59,178 nt of DNA, filler included, from Diploschistes diacapsis (GCA_023645945.1; 9 parts of 9 records of this genome joined end to end with filler, not necessarily neighbours in it), one strand, 5' to 3'. Positions 24,410 through 36,391 are shown, counted from the first letter of the whole stretch. Program-made: numbers and translations. The notes: generated from the letters alone by a model not told the origin.

Positions 24410-26303
24410 ATGCTCGTTCTAGAGATGGCACTGCTGTACTACCGACTGACTTGGCTCAGTTCTCTAGTGCTGCGACTCTGTTCTCTTTTTTTCCTTAGAT
24501 GGGTATGTTGGATTGTTCACAGAGGAACGCTCGTTGTTAGGAGCCTATGCTGAGCTATATAGATACCCGGTCATCACTTCCCTCCCGTCATTCTCGGGAG
24601 TTTTCTCGTATATCTTTTCTCATTCTTTAGAGTTCCTAGTGACGAAGAAGACTCTCGCTCTGTCGAGCGAATTAGTAGGCAGTCGAAGGCCGATGATGCG
24701 GCTTTGCAGGAACTGTTGCTCCAGGATGAACGCTCCACCCTTGCGGAAGGAGCCACAAACAAGGGCTTGGAAGGTTCCATACTACAGCAGGGCAATGCAT
24801 CCGCAGAATCTAGAAAAGCCGAAGAAGAAGATCTCCAGATTGCTCAAAGTCTCTTAACCGGACTACCTTCGCCGAACTTCTTATGGAGCATGACTACTCT
24901 CGGCATCAATGCCTTACTGGCCCTGATGGTTGCAGATATGGTCTTTCGCGGTCCAGTTTTCTACGAAAGTAAAGACCTATCCTTCGTCCGAGTAGGCTAC
25001 GTATCAGACAAGAGCGCCAAGCTTCTGGTGAGGGAGCCCGATCCCCTACAGCTACCCCTTTTCATCTCGTATCGACCAGAGCCACTCGAGGGACGGCTCT
25101 CAGCAGCCGTCGACGGTTCCTGGATTCTAGCAGAAAAGCTGTACTACCTCTCCCCGGAAACCGACTTCACCCGCGCACTTACCATTTCCAAGCTTCGCCC
25201 ATCTACCAGATATGCCTACTCCATCTCAAACAACCAATCAGGCACCTTCATCACCGCCCCAAACCCTGGCTCCCTCCACACATCTTCCTCTACCTCTAAG
25301 CTGACCTTCCTCACCACGTCCTGCATCAAGCCGCGCTTCCCCTACTCCCCCTTCTCACACCCTCTCTCCATTCCCAGTCTCGACATTCTCTCTTCCCTTC
25401 TTCCCCGACTCCGCGCCTCTTTCATGTTGTTCCTCGGCGACTTCATCTACATCGACGTCCCGCAACGCTTCGGCTCAGACGCAGACACCTACCGCGCCGA
25501 GTATCGCCGCGTCTACGCCTCGCCCTCCTGGGGTCCCGTTTCCAACCATCCCACCCACCCCCTTCCATGGATCCACGTAATCGACGACCACGAAATCGCC
25601 AACGACTGGGACAAAGGTGCCTCGCCCCCCTACCCAGCCGCACTAGAGCCATGGAAGATCTACCACCACTCACTCAACCCCCCTCCACCACCCAACCATC
25701 CGCCAAACACAACCTCCTCCACCTTCACCCACGGTCCGGCCTCCTTTTTTCTGCTCGACACCCGTTCCTTCCGCTCGCCCATCACGTCCCTCAACTCTAC
25801 CGACCCTCGCAAATCCATGCTCGGCCCGCGCCAGCTCCAAGCCGTACTTTCCTGGCTCCAGCGCCCCGAGCCGCACGGCGTGGCCTGGAAAATCCTCGTG
25901 TCCTCCGTCCCCTTCACCCGCAACTGGCGCGTCAACAGTCTCGACGGCTGGGCCGGCTACCTCGCTGAGCGCCAGGTCCTGCTGGAAGCCATGTGGGACG
26001 CGAACTCCCAGCCGCACGGCGGTGGTCTGGGGATGGTCGTGCTCTCCGGCGACAGGCACGAGTTCGCCGCCACCTCTTTCCCGGCACCACGAGACAAGCC
26101 CGAGCACAAGGACCGGTGGGGCGAGGGCGCCACGGTCACGGAGTTCAGCTGCTCGCCGCTGTCGATGTTCTATCTGCCCGTGCGCACGTACAGGGAGATC
26201 GAGGGTGAGCAGAGCGGGGTGGGTGCCGGGGGCGAGGATCGGGTGCTGGCGTATGTGCCGGAGGGGAATAGCAAGGTTGGGGCGGTGGAGATTGAGAATG
26301 AGG
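24410..26303 (+). CDS. PhoD-like alkaline phosphatase (membrane-anchored fungal type), 3'-partial; intron 24503-24562
   Basis: Hydrophobic N-terminus LRW|IPGH, then TTSCIKPRFPY, FLGDFIYID, DDHEIANDW, LLDTR, DGWAGYLAER and LSGDRHEF. Confidence 0.88.
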
Positions 26304-26403
26304 NNNNNNNNNNNNNNNNNNNNNNNNNNNNNNNNNNNNNNNNNNNNTTAATTAATTAANNNNNNNNNNNNNNNNNNNNNNNNNNNNNNNNNNNNNNNNN
26401 NNN
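26304..26403. other. Artificial contig spacer
   Basis: 44N-TTAATTAATTAA-44N. Confidence 0.99.
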
Positions 26404-26561
26404 GGGGGTAGGGGAGGAAGAAGAGCGAGAGATGGGACGGTAGAGAGTGTTGAATCGGGGTTCTTGCTGTTGATTTCGAAGGTCGTGCTGATGTTGCTTG
26501 AAACCCCATTTTCCATGCGGATACGCACGAACAATCCATGCTAACGGAGTCCTACGTCCAG

Positions 26562-26612
26562 GGCTGGAAGAAGCATGAAGTCGCCAAGTTCCTCGAGGAG
26601 AAGCGGTTCTGA
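26562..26612 (+). CDS. Terminal exon, probably mitochondrial ribosomal protein mL49 (Img2)
   Basis: Branch GCTAAC (26540) and acceptor CAG (26561) precede GWKKHEVAKFLEEKRF*, which resembles the C-terminus of fungal Img2/mL49. Only 16 aa, so tentative. Confidence 0.5.
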   Translation, partial: GWKKHEVAKFLEEKRF

Positions 26613-27165
26613 TTCCCACAGCGACTCGCACTAACATCCACCATGTCAATCTGGATCTCATTTTATATGTTTAAACATCTCGGCATAATCATTCGAGTGA
26701 AAAAAATATGTTCAAGCATGGCAAAGGAGTTCGACTTCCTCTCGGGTTCATTCATTGCGGATATCAACTATATGTACATCTCAGACATCTTTGTACGATA
26801 AGGGCCGGGGTGGCGACGGGGGCCGCAGCGGCATCCATCCATCCATCCAGTTATCCAGTTATCCATGCATCAATCACAATCCTACAGCTTCAGCCTTCCC
26901 TGTCGCTTGCCGCCCCCCAAAGTATTCATAGTCGAAAAGCTGAAAGAGGTAGAGGCAGATTCCTTGCCGTCCTCCAATATAATATACCCCATATCAAACA
27001 TTCCCCCTTTTCCGCTTCCATCTCCATCTTTTCCGATTGTTTCGAGTGACCACGCATGCATGCCGCGTTCCGCTAAATGCTCTGCGATAAAAGTATCTGT
27101 ATGTACCCGCAGGATCCACTAGCATCCAGAAGCCAAACCACGATAATATCTCAATCCTCAATCAA

Positions 27166-30100
27166 TCAATCGTCTAGACTCGCGTACGCGCTAAGCTGCC
27201 GTAACAACCTCGGATCGATCTGGGCCGCCCTCAGCGCCTCCAGCAAGACGCCCTTCTTGGAGATCTCGCTCACAGGCATGGGAGCGCCACCATTGGTGCT
27301 AGTAGCGGAATCCACGTCCTTGGCCCGCTCGGCGAGTTTACGCAATATTGAGACCCCGTAGGAGGTGATCATGTCGTGGCCGTCGTCGTCAAGCGGATGT
27401 GCATGGTGGGCGTGCTGTCCAGCGTGCCGCTGCTGCCTTACTGTTACGGCAAGGTGCGTAACGGGGTTGGGCGGGACGTTGATGCCGACTTTGGTGATGA
27501 CTCGCAGGAGCCGGTGCGCGAAGCCGTCTTCCGAGGTTAACCAGGCGTGCGCGAGGGTGTGCTCTGTTGGTGGGATGAGCGAGGTGAGGCTGTCGGCAGC
27601 AAGGAGGCCTTGGGCGAGGAATCTGGCTCTTTGCTTTATTTTTTCGGTTGTCCTTTCATCACAATAGGCGGGCAGGGGGGCGATGCAGAGGCCAAAGGCT
27701 CGCGTGAGGAGGTCGAGGGTGGCTGAGGAGGCGAGATCTGCGGCGAAAACAGATTTTAGGAAATTCCGATTCGGCTCGCCGCGCGCTAGTAGCTTGGCGA
27801 GACTTTGGACGGCGAAGGGAAGGTAGCGGTGCATGGCGGGTTCGTAAGCGGGGAATATCAGATCGTGGGAGTGGGAAACTGTGGGTTGTGGAAGGGGCGC
27901 GAACGATAACAGAAACTGCAGTATACACAGAGCTTCCTCCTTGCCGGAAAATGTTATGTGTTGGGCGACGTTGCTGAGGTAGAAAAGGACGTCTTTGGTG
28001 AAATCTAGAGTGTTGCGGTTCGTGCGTAGGAGGTTGTTTCTAGTTCCGAGGTACCGTATGACTGTAGCAATGAACTTCACTACCACTGGCTCTGCAACTA
28101 ATTCCTTGTCCGCTTCATAATCATGGCTGATGTTTCGGAGTAGCGTCGAAATACACAACAATCTCTCAGCAGCTTTTTCGAGCTCGTATTCCAGGCTGGC
28201 GAATTCGGGCACATCTTGCAAGGCGGTGATGTCCGAGTCGCAACAACGGACAAGTTCCCAATACGTGCTGATCAGCATGACGTCGGATACTTCGGCCGCA
28301 TTGTCTGCTAAGAAATCTAACTGAGCCTCAGCGCAATCAATCAATGTTTCTAAGAGGTCGTCGCATTCGCTGAGTGGTGGGAGACGACGAGACCTATCCA
28401 CGCCGGCGCTCAGTGACGAGAGCAGATTCAAGGCAAGCCTCACTTCACCGGGAAGTCCGCTCTTAAGACCCATTATCACGGCGTGAAGATCGAGGTTACC
28501 AACACGGGAGGGAAGCGCGTGATCTGGCCTCACGTTTGTAAGCTGCGAAACGAGCCTGTGTAATTCAGGGTGGTCCACTGTGATCCCCCCATGAGTTTCC
28601 TGAGGGGTTAGCTGGTCCGGTTTTCGTCTCGGAAACGGAAAGATATCTGGCTTAAATGTGTCGTCAATTGGATTCGAGTACTCCTTCCTCCAGTCCGTTT
28701 TCACGCCGGGCTCCAGTTCCGGCTGACTCGACAATGACCCACTGCGATCTACTTGAGTAACTTTTCTCTTTTCTTGAGCGGTGGCCATGTCTGGCGGTTG
28801 CACCCGCGACGGCTTCGGCTGTGGCTGCAAGGTGTGCTGCATTGCGGCAACCTGCTGGTTAGCGTCAGGTGATGGTGAAAATCCATTAACCTGCACCTGG
28901 CGAGGGTCTTGCTGTCCTGGTACGGGGCCTTTGGTTGGAGTCTGGAAGCTCGCGCCTGACGGCCTTCGAGCATGCAGTGCAGCCACCTGGTCCTGGCTGT
29001 AATTGGATTGTCGTCCAGGTGGAATCTGCGCAGCCACGCTGTTGACTTCTGCCTGTATGGCCTTTTGGAGGGAGACCTTCATAGATTGTTGGTACATGTT
29101 TTCCCACAGGTAGAGATTCTGTTGCCAATAAGAAAGAAGATCGCCAGCAGAAGTAGGTGGTAGTCCTAATGCATTTGCCATTGCTGACCAGCGATTTGCC
29201 GCGTCCACGAGTTGGAAACCTCCGGATGTGACCACGGTTACGAAAATCTGCACACTCGGAATGACTCGACCACCCGTCACGAGCTCCTTGTTGAATGGCA
29301 TATTCCTCGAATTCATGAACTGGCTAACTTGACGTGCAAAGTCCTCTGGCTGCCTCATTTGCATCGCCAAATTTTGTATGTTTGATTCGTTGTGCCGTCT
29401 TACCACAGCCTGTTGTATGGCCATCTGGTTCTGGTTGTTCACCATCGGACTGACGTTGGCCATCTGGTGACGCTGCTGTGCCGCCACGTTGCTAGCCTGG
29501 AGCTGCCGCATCATGTTCTGTTGCTTCATCTGGAAGGCGCGCTGCTGCTCCAGCGTCATAGCATTAGGATTGAAAGCCTGCGCGCCCGGGCCCGGGCCCG
29601 AATAACCTTGTACCATACTTCCTGGAGGAGGCGTGAAGCTCTGCGCAGCGGTGTTCATCCCATTCGCGTAGGGATTCCCGTGCATGAAAGGCTGTCCCCC
29701 ATTTACAGGGGGTTCTACGCGGCCGCCATAGTCCGACTGAACGGGAGATGCCTGTGGCGCAAAACTCTGTCCGGCTGGCGAAAACGGAGAAGGAGATGCC
29801 GTCTGCATCCTCTGAGGTATAGCCGGAGTATTGAATTGTTGGTTTTGCATGATGGGCGACGGGCTCGTGTTGCTAGAGTTCTGATGCTGGAGGTGTTGGT
29901 ATGGATTGGGCGTCTGGCCATTGACAGGACCCGTGAAGCCCGGATAGGGTGCCTGCTGGGGTGTCTGCGACCGCGACGCTTGCCGCGGGGAGCCGGTGAA
30001 CTCAAGCGGTCGCTTTGACGGTATCACTGATGTTGTCTGATATATTGGATGTTGAAATCCGGCCGGCGATCCATTCCCATTGCGCATATTTCCATTTTGC

Positions 30101-30240
30101 ATCCTCTGTAATTGCGCACCGTGTAGTGAGTAATCAAAGTTGGATGATGCAGGCGTGTTGGCGAAGGCCATCGGGTCAAGGCCCGGATTGAACGCTCCAT
30201 TCTCGGTCTGGTTGGGTACGTCCCAAGCCTGCATACTCAT
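27166..30240 (-). CDS. SWI1: SWI/SNF complex subunit Swi1/Sol1 (ARID domain plus ARM-like C-terminus)
   Basis: Q/P-rich low-complexity N-terminus, ARID-like segment (IFVTVVTSGGFQLVDAANRWSAMANALG), and C-terminal DLHAVIMGLKSGLPGEVRLALNLL, ERLLCISTLLRN, VIRYLGTRNNLLRT and AVQSLAKLLAR. Confidence 0.85.
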   Translation of the reverse strand: MSMQAWDVPNQTENGAFNPGLDPMAFANTPASSNFDYSLHGAQLQRMQNGNMRNGNGSPAGFQHPIYQTTSVIPSKRPLEFTGSPRQASRSQTPQQAPYPGFTGPVNGQTPNPYQHLQHQNSSNTSPSPIMQNQQFNTPAIPQRMQTASPSPFSPAGQSFAPQASPVQSDYGGRVEPPVNGGQPFMHGNPYANGMNTAAQSFTPPPGSMVQGYSGPGPGAQAFNPNAMTLEQQRAFQMKQQNMMRQLQASNVAAQQRHQMANVSPMVNNQNQMAIQQAVVRRHNESNIQNLAMQMRQPEDFARQVSQFMNSRNMPFNKELVTGGRVIPSVQIFVTVVTSGGFQLVDAANRWSAMANALGLPPTSAGDLLSYWQQNLYLWENMYQQSMKVSLQKAIQAEVNSVAAQIPPGRQSNYSQDQVAALHARRPSGASFQTPTKGPVPGQQDPRQVQVNGFSPSPDANQQVAAMQHTLQPQPKPSRVQPPDMATAQEKRKVTQVDRSGSLSSQPELEPGVKTDWRKEYSNPIDDTFKPDIFPFPRRKPDQLTPQETHGGITVDHPELHRLVSQLTNVRPDHALPSRVGNLDLHAVIMGLKSGLPGEVRLALNLLSSLSAGVDRSRRLPPLSECDDLLETLIDCAEAQLDFLADNAAEVSDVMLISTYWELVRCCDSDITALQDVPEFASLEYELEKAAERLLCISTLLRNISHDYEADKELVAEPVVVKFIATVIRYLGTRNNLLRTNRNTLDFTKDVLFYLSNVAQHITFSGKEEALCILQFLLSFAPLPQPTVSHSHDLIFPAYEPAMHRYLPFAVQSLAKLLARGEPNRNFLKSVFAADLASSATLDLLTRAFGLCIAPLPAYCDERTTEKIKQRARFLAQGLLAADSLTSLIPPTEHTLAHAWLTSEDGFAHRLLRVITKVGINVPPNPVTHLAVTVRQQRHAGQHAHHAHPLDDDGHDMITSYGVSILRKLAERAKDVDSATSTNGGAPMPVSEISKKGVLLEALRAAQIDPRLLRQLSAYASLDD

Positions 30241-31800
30241 GTCGACAACTCGAGGTAGCGGCAACCCATCTAAGAAGGACGAGGATTAGCATTGTAAAGC
30301 GGTCAAGCATTATAGGCGATGGAAAGGGATGGGAAGCGCGCGATTGTTGACAAGCGCAGTTTTGCAGCCGGGCGGTTACGCGCCCGACACGGTCGGCAGC
30401 AGTCAGTCAATCGACGACGGAAATGGTCGCGATTCGACATCAAGGATCGTATAGATATGTTTTGAAGACATACCTGAAAGCGACAGGTATCAGCTCGAGA
30501 GCTTTAATAGCACCGACAAGCGGTGGATGGTGGTAGGCTGGGGCCGGGATGCGCCGTAACGAGGAGACTGCCAACGCATGGTATCAGCAAACCAAAGACC
30601 AAAGCTTGGACAGGAACAAGGTCATCGAAGTCCAATGCAGGAAGCCATATCGAAGGACAGCAAGGGGCTTGGGATCAGCAATAGGTGTGTGGCTCGCATG
30701 ATAAGAGGCTCAACAGCAGTAGTAGTCGCGCGCAGGTACTCGTACTGCTGTATGGGGCAAAGGGAAGGGGGAGTAGAAAACAATAGGATCGGAAGGGACA
30801 AGGCGCGTCGGAGCCACGAGTTAATGCTTACCTGTATTTTATTATTGGTAACTTGACTCACAGTGGAATGCGTCTCTGGATGCTAGGCTAAATTTCTCTT
30901 GATGAATAGTGGCCAGGGCGACAATAATCTTGTGCCTTTCTTCGGTAGCAGAGTGACAAAGTCTAGAAAAAAACGCAAGAAGCGGCTGCAAGTGGGCGGT
31001 GGAGTTCTCCATCCCGCTAAACTTGGCCACTTCTGGTTTTAGACCGTCTTCCCTCACAGCAAACATCATCTTGACTGACCTCAGAGAGTCTACGACTATT
31101 CACTACAGAGGGGAATAGTCGGCAACATTCAAAGAATAACTGAATGAATGAATGAATGAATAAATGGATTGGTGGATAATCTCTACAGTGTACAATATGT
31201 ACCATGCAAAACAAAGCAAAAAAACCCGTAAGCAATACAATAAATTAATGGGGAAGCGCGATTATTGGGTTTCGAATTGGGTCTCTGATTGTGATCCACT
31301 AAGAAGGTGTGTTCTCCTCAGCGCCCTGGACTGACAGCAACGTAGACTACCTTCTTACTCGATCGATTCAGGTTCCGGGATTATGCCTCTGCCCACAAAG
31401 GTCTCAACCCCCAAACTGCTCTTGTAACGCAAAGTATCGTGTCTCTCGCACGTGCTGGCCCCGTGAGCGATGATCCAGGCGCATACCGCATAACCAAGAA
31501 TCAAGATCCCATGAGTCCTTCTCTTCCACCAGTCTTACCCATTACTACAGGCCAATCATGGTGGATCCTGGATCCTTGGCGTGTCCTTGCTCTCACAATC
31601 CTATCAGTAGAGGAAGCTAATCGTGCTTTGAATTCCTTGAGCCACTTCAAATCGTTTGGTTAACAGGTTGACATGGGCCATAAAGTAGAAACGGTGCGTC
31701 AGACCTACACACTCTAGCTCCGGGACAGGAACAAGAACAAGAACGGTGTTCCATGGGGTGCTTGGCTTCGACTCGCCCTTCTTGATCCACTGTGGTCACC

Positions 31801-31970
31801 AAGAAACTCCCAAGAACCACTACTGGGTGCTTAGGATGTCGTACTCTGAATTTACCAAGGAGTAGATTTTGAAATATACGCGGTAAAACTGCTAGGAGAA
31901 GCCTAGGATTATCGTCAGCTGCGAAGCACATCTGTCATCGTTGCTCTGGTATATGATCTGCGGCGTGGAG
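31801..31970 (+). pseudogene. Decayed Zn(II)2Cys6 DNA-binding domain fragment
   Basis: KKLPRTTTGCLGCR, then KHICHRCSG and IC in shifted frames. The third Cys and the rest of the gene are not recoverable. Confidence 0.4.
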
Positions 31971-32191
31971 AGCCGGGTTGGCTCCACAGGATTGGTCCCA
32001 GCCTTCAGGTATCAGGGAGGCACGTGCTGCTGCGAGCAGGATTGAAGCTGGGCAATTGCCCTTCGTTCAATTCTTCACAAATAGCATAAATAGACAACTT
32101 GATCGGCTATAGAGGCATTCCAGCAGATATGCTACCTTCCAGTGAGAGGATCTCGGTAAAGTGGCATCGCCTGACGATATGCCTGAAGATA

Positions 32192-32742
32192 CAGTCACGT
32201 GCTAAAAGTAGTTAGGTATCAAATAAACAAATACCACCTACCAACTTTATTGAGCCATTGCGCACTTAATAAAGCTTTAATGAATGCGTAAAGTAAATCA
32301 TTTTAAAGCTCTTAAATAGTAAATTATATTAATATTTAGTTTGTTATCCTTGCGCGTCGATATAAGCCTCTATTCGTTTCGGCATAGAATGCATTAATCT
32401 AGTAAATAAATCTTATTTCTTATCTCTTAAAAACATCCTAAAAACGTCTCGAATTATTGTTTTTAAAACCTTTATTTTTTTTTTATTCCCGCGTATAGTT
32501 TTAAGCTCTGGATAAAGCTTTAAAACCTTTTCTTTAAGCGTAAGTTATAGATGCTCGATAAGGTTCAAATCCGGATTATAAAGGAAATAATCGAGCGTTT
32601 AAACGCCTAATTTTTCTAAAAATGTTTTGATATTATTAGTTGTATATATAGGGGTATTATCTTATAAAAAAGCTTGTTTAGGCTCGTAAATTTAGGGCAT
32701 AATATCGCGTAAAAGTCGATAATATGCTTCGGCGGTGGCTAT
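32192..32742 (-). mobile_element. RIP-degraded Tc1/mariner (impala-like, DDE_3) transposon, 3' part with one TIR
   Basis: Minus strand reads MP*IYEPKQAFL*DNTPIYT...LGV*TLDYFLYNPDLNLIEHL*LTLKEKV, a decayed form of FxQDNAPIHT...PYSPDLNPIEHLW. Terminus TA|CAGTCACGTGCTAAAAGT at 32190-32209. Confidence 0.82.
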
Positions 32743-32885
32743 TGTTACGATCCAAGGTACTAGGCGGTAGTACTTGGCACGCAACAGCTAGTCGGGCACT
32801 TCCTAATCATTTCTTATATATAATCCAATCAGGGTAACACGGGTCACGTGATAAATAAAAAATCTTAAAAATCATTTTACCCTGC
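32743..32885. mobile_element. Possible LTR end inserted into the Tc1 relic
   Basis: Transposase similarity stops where TGTTACGA begins, a common start of fungal gypsy LTRs. Truncated by the contig end. Confidence 0.4.
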
Positions 32886-32985
32886 NNNNNNNNNNNNNNN
32901 NNNNNNNNNNNNNNNNNNNNNNNNNNNNNTTAATTAATTAANNNNNNNNNNNNNNNNNNNNNNNNNNNNNNNNNNNNNNNNNNNN
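32886..32985. other. Artificial contig spacer
   Basis: 44N-TTAATTAATTAA-44N. Confidence 0.99.
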
Positions 32986-33389
32986 GTAGTTTCCTTTTTT
33001 TTGGGGCTGCGTTGTAGCTCCGGGTCGGTTTGCTTTTACTTTTTATGTATAGATAGATGGAAATTGAGGAGCGGGGGATTCGATTCAGGGAACTTTTTAG
33101 TAACCATAGCCACCGCTAAGCGAGATCGTCTTGAACCCTACCTATATTAGGCCACCTCTTCATCACTTTGTGTGCCCACAACGGGGAATAAAAGTTAGGG
33201 AAAGCTTCGAGGCATACAGCTTTGTTTGGTAATTGATCTCGAGCATCCCTCGAAGGTCTTGTGCAGGAGGCATAAAGTAGGGATGAGGTGTTTGATAATT
33301 ATTTCAAATTATTCGATCTCATGGTAGATGCGTAGAAACCTGCAATATGGCGCCAAATATATCAATAGTCCGATCGATCAATCAATCCC

Positions 33390-34700
33390 ATCATGCTCGA
33401 TACGTAAACGGGTCAAATTGAAGCTTGGTAGACATATCGTCGTCGGTCGCAGAATCCAGATGGACCCATTCTGACGGTATTAGAGGGCTCCGCCTAAAGA
33501 CTAGATGGTCACTAAGGACCTCCTTTCCTCCGACCACTACTCGGTCACTAGACTCGGCCTTGATGCCCACCGACGCAGCATTCTGCCTGTGTCCCTTTCG
33601 TCCCCCATTCCAACCTCACCCATCTCGAGCTCCTCCGCTCCACCATCTCCTCACGCCCCTGTTGCAGAGTGTATGTCAATGAGAACCGTCGGTACTTACA
33701 GATGTATAGTTCGAGACATAGGGAACTGGCTTATCGAAGCTGACGAAAGCAGTACTTTCTTCTAGCCAGGAGCATCTCTATGCCTTCACAAGATATTAGT
33801 ACTATACTCACCAGTTAATATCTTCGTTAGCTATTGCCTGAGCTAGCTAGGACTTTGAAATCATGCTTGGCGCTGCACAGGGTATTAGAGTTATGCTCAG
33901 CACTTCTGCAGCAAAGATAGGCGTCCCGTGGTCTTCGGGAGGCCTTTGTGCGTAGATGCGTAGATATGAGAATCTGTAGGAGCCGCAGTATACCCCTGAA
34001 GCACCCCAACGATCACCCATTTTGGTTAGGTAGGCGCTCCTTGAAGGTTGATAGAAAGTGTTATTGCTTACAAAGTCTGGGCGCCAAACACCTGGCCGTC
34101 TTGAAAGGGTTGGCTGCAACGGCTGGATGTTCACCGAAAACCTGTTCCCCGGCTCTCTTCCTTTGCGTTGCTGGGAAGAAGACGCCTCACCTCCTCCTGG
34201 TGGTGGGGAGGTGATCCTTTACCGACCCCTCGAAACAAGACAAGAGGATTCTCTGGACGTGTAAGACTGCATCAATGACCTTAAGGCTGGTAGTCCCGCA
34301 CCCATATGAGCCTGCTCCGCCTCCCTAGGAACCCCGTGAGTCGCTCAATGAATGGTTTTCCGCATGACTGACCTTGAAACTGGCAGCTTCGCACCCCAAA
34401 TCCCCTCCGTCTCCTTCTTCTACCAGTAAGCTTATTTCCTGGATGCCTTTCACATTACTGACAATTATACTCGTAGCGCCTCCTCCTTCCGGCAGAGCTC
34501 TCGCCGAGCTTGAACCGAATGCTCGCGACCTGTGCTATCTCTTGCCTGCCTGCAGTCCGCCTCCCGCTCCTGCCTCGCCCTCCTCATCTTCCATCCCTCC
34601 CCCACTGGACAGCCGTGGGCTCTCCTCCATGACCTGGGCAAGGATTGATCGCGAGGCTGCCGACAAAGAGCGTTTATTAAAACATAAGAGGTAAGCATAA
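33390..34700 (-). pseudogene. Multi-exon orphan pseudogene with in-frame nonsense codons
   Basis: A charged/low-complexity frame continues across plausible GT-AG introns (donors GTCAGT ~34372 and GTAAGC ~34071) but is interrupted by TAA, TGA and TAG codons. No recognisable family. Confidence 0.4.
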
Positions 34701-36391
34701 GCTTTGCTTTTGCTTTATCAGTTAATGATATGACGGTGTATTGACCGTTACTAGGCGATGGGCGCAATCGGATGCGGAATAGGAGGAGAGGAAGAGGCAG
34801 AAGGCGAGAGAGAGGAAGAGAAAGAGAAAGAGGAAGAGGAAAAGGAAGAGGGAAGAGATTAAAAAGGAGGAGGAAGAAGGGAGGTAGGAGACGGACTGGT
34901 TGAAGTTGAATATAATAATGAAATATTAGTTAGAGTGTTTGTTACCTGTGCTAAATAAACCGTTGTATTGTCTCACAGTTTCCCATTCTTAAGCAAAAAT
35001 GTTGAACCTTTTTACCAGAAACTGGTGGACAGCATTACCAACGATTAGTAGCGAATGAACCCCAAAGCTGCTATACTTCCGGATTCCCTGTCCACGCTAT
35101 CCCTCCACCAAATAAGATAATTCAGCCAGAAGCATCTCGGACGGCTGGAATGTCCACGGATAAGTAGCTCAACTGGTTATTATCTCCAAAGGGTCGAGCT
35201 GCTACCAGTGAGTTCTTCGCAAGCCAATTCTCGCACCAGATGTATCTAAACGGGTGGTATTGACCATTTCGTGAGAAGCAGGCTCACGTCGACGTGGCTG
35301 GCGATTTTGTGTGCCCCAAATTGACTTTTGAGATATAAAGGCAATTCGTAAAGGTCGACAAGGAGTACTTATAAGCATGTATTAGAGTAGCTTTCCATAG
35401 TTTGCTCTCAGCTTTCGACTTGGAAATACATTTTCATTGGGGACGCAGCCCGAATTAGAAGGGCAAGTAATTCTTTCTCGAAGTTTGATAAGAGCTAAAG
35501 GTTAACTCCTCCCCTGTTCACCTGTTTTCGGCGTGCAACATGAAGCATGAACATACCTAACGTCGGAGCTTTCTTTGTTCAGAGGTAATATGGGTGTATA
35601 TCAATGTATCATGGGATGTCAAGTTTGATGCCAAAACAACAACGATAATGTGTTAAAAATTCAGGTGGCGCTATCCTGGAACTGGGAAAGAGCCTTACCT
35701 ACCACGGCAATTCCCCCCTTTAGTGTTTCTATCATCAGCTCTGGTTCCCTGAGTAAAAGCATCTCTGTACGAGGTAATGGTTTGACATATCCACCGCCGG
35801 CCATGTTCTGCCCGCGGATACATGTGGCATTCTTTATCAACGAGCAAACCAAATCTCAAATATCATCGGGTACAATTCACTGCCAGATCATGAAAGCTTG
35901 CTATCTGATGACTACCAAATATGTGTCGACCCAATGCTAGATATGGTCATTGATATTCGCTGGAAAAGCATTGTTTCGACAAAATTCCTTGTGCAGACCT
36001 ATCATCTTCAGCTTCCAGACACGTAATCTTCTGGAAGATATATTTGTTAGGCTTCCGCTCCGTATCCAGATCTAACTTTTTATACCTCTTTCAAACCTGC
36101 GTGAAGTACTGAAGCTTGTGCTCTCTTACAAGATCTCTTGATTCTCTCGGTAGTAACTCTTTGTAGTGCAACTTATTCTTCAGTCAAGAATTAGCCTAAG
36201 CAAGGCATTTCTATTCTGGTTAGCTGGTGCAGCTCCTCACATTTCTTTTCCAAGACTGCCGATATGGCTGAGAACTCAGTACGAGGTCGCAATTAAATAC
36301 CTAGCAGTGTGAAAATTGAGATTCGTGATGGACAAGGTAAAATTCGTTTCCCTGCTGAAGCAAGATATGCCTGAAAGCAAGGAGCCGCACA

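Noticed and set aside
17458..26303. GH3 + NRPS-like + PhoD as a biosynthetic cluster
   Set aside because: GH3 is on a different contig; the adjacency comes from size sorting.
34780..34890. Purine-rich GA tract
   Set aside because: Ordinary low-complexity sequence, probably the CT-rich leader of the minus-strand pseudogene.
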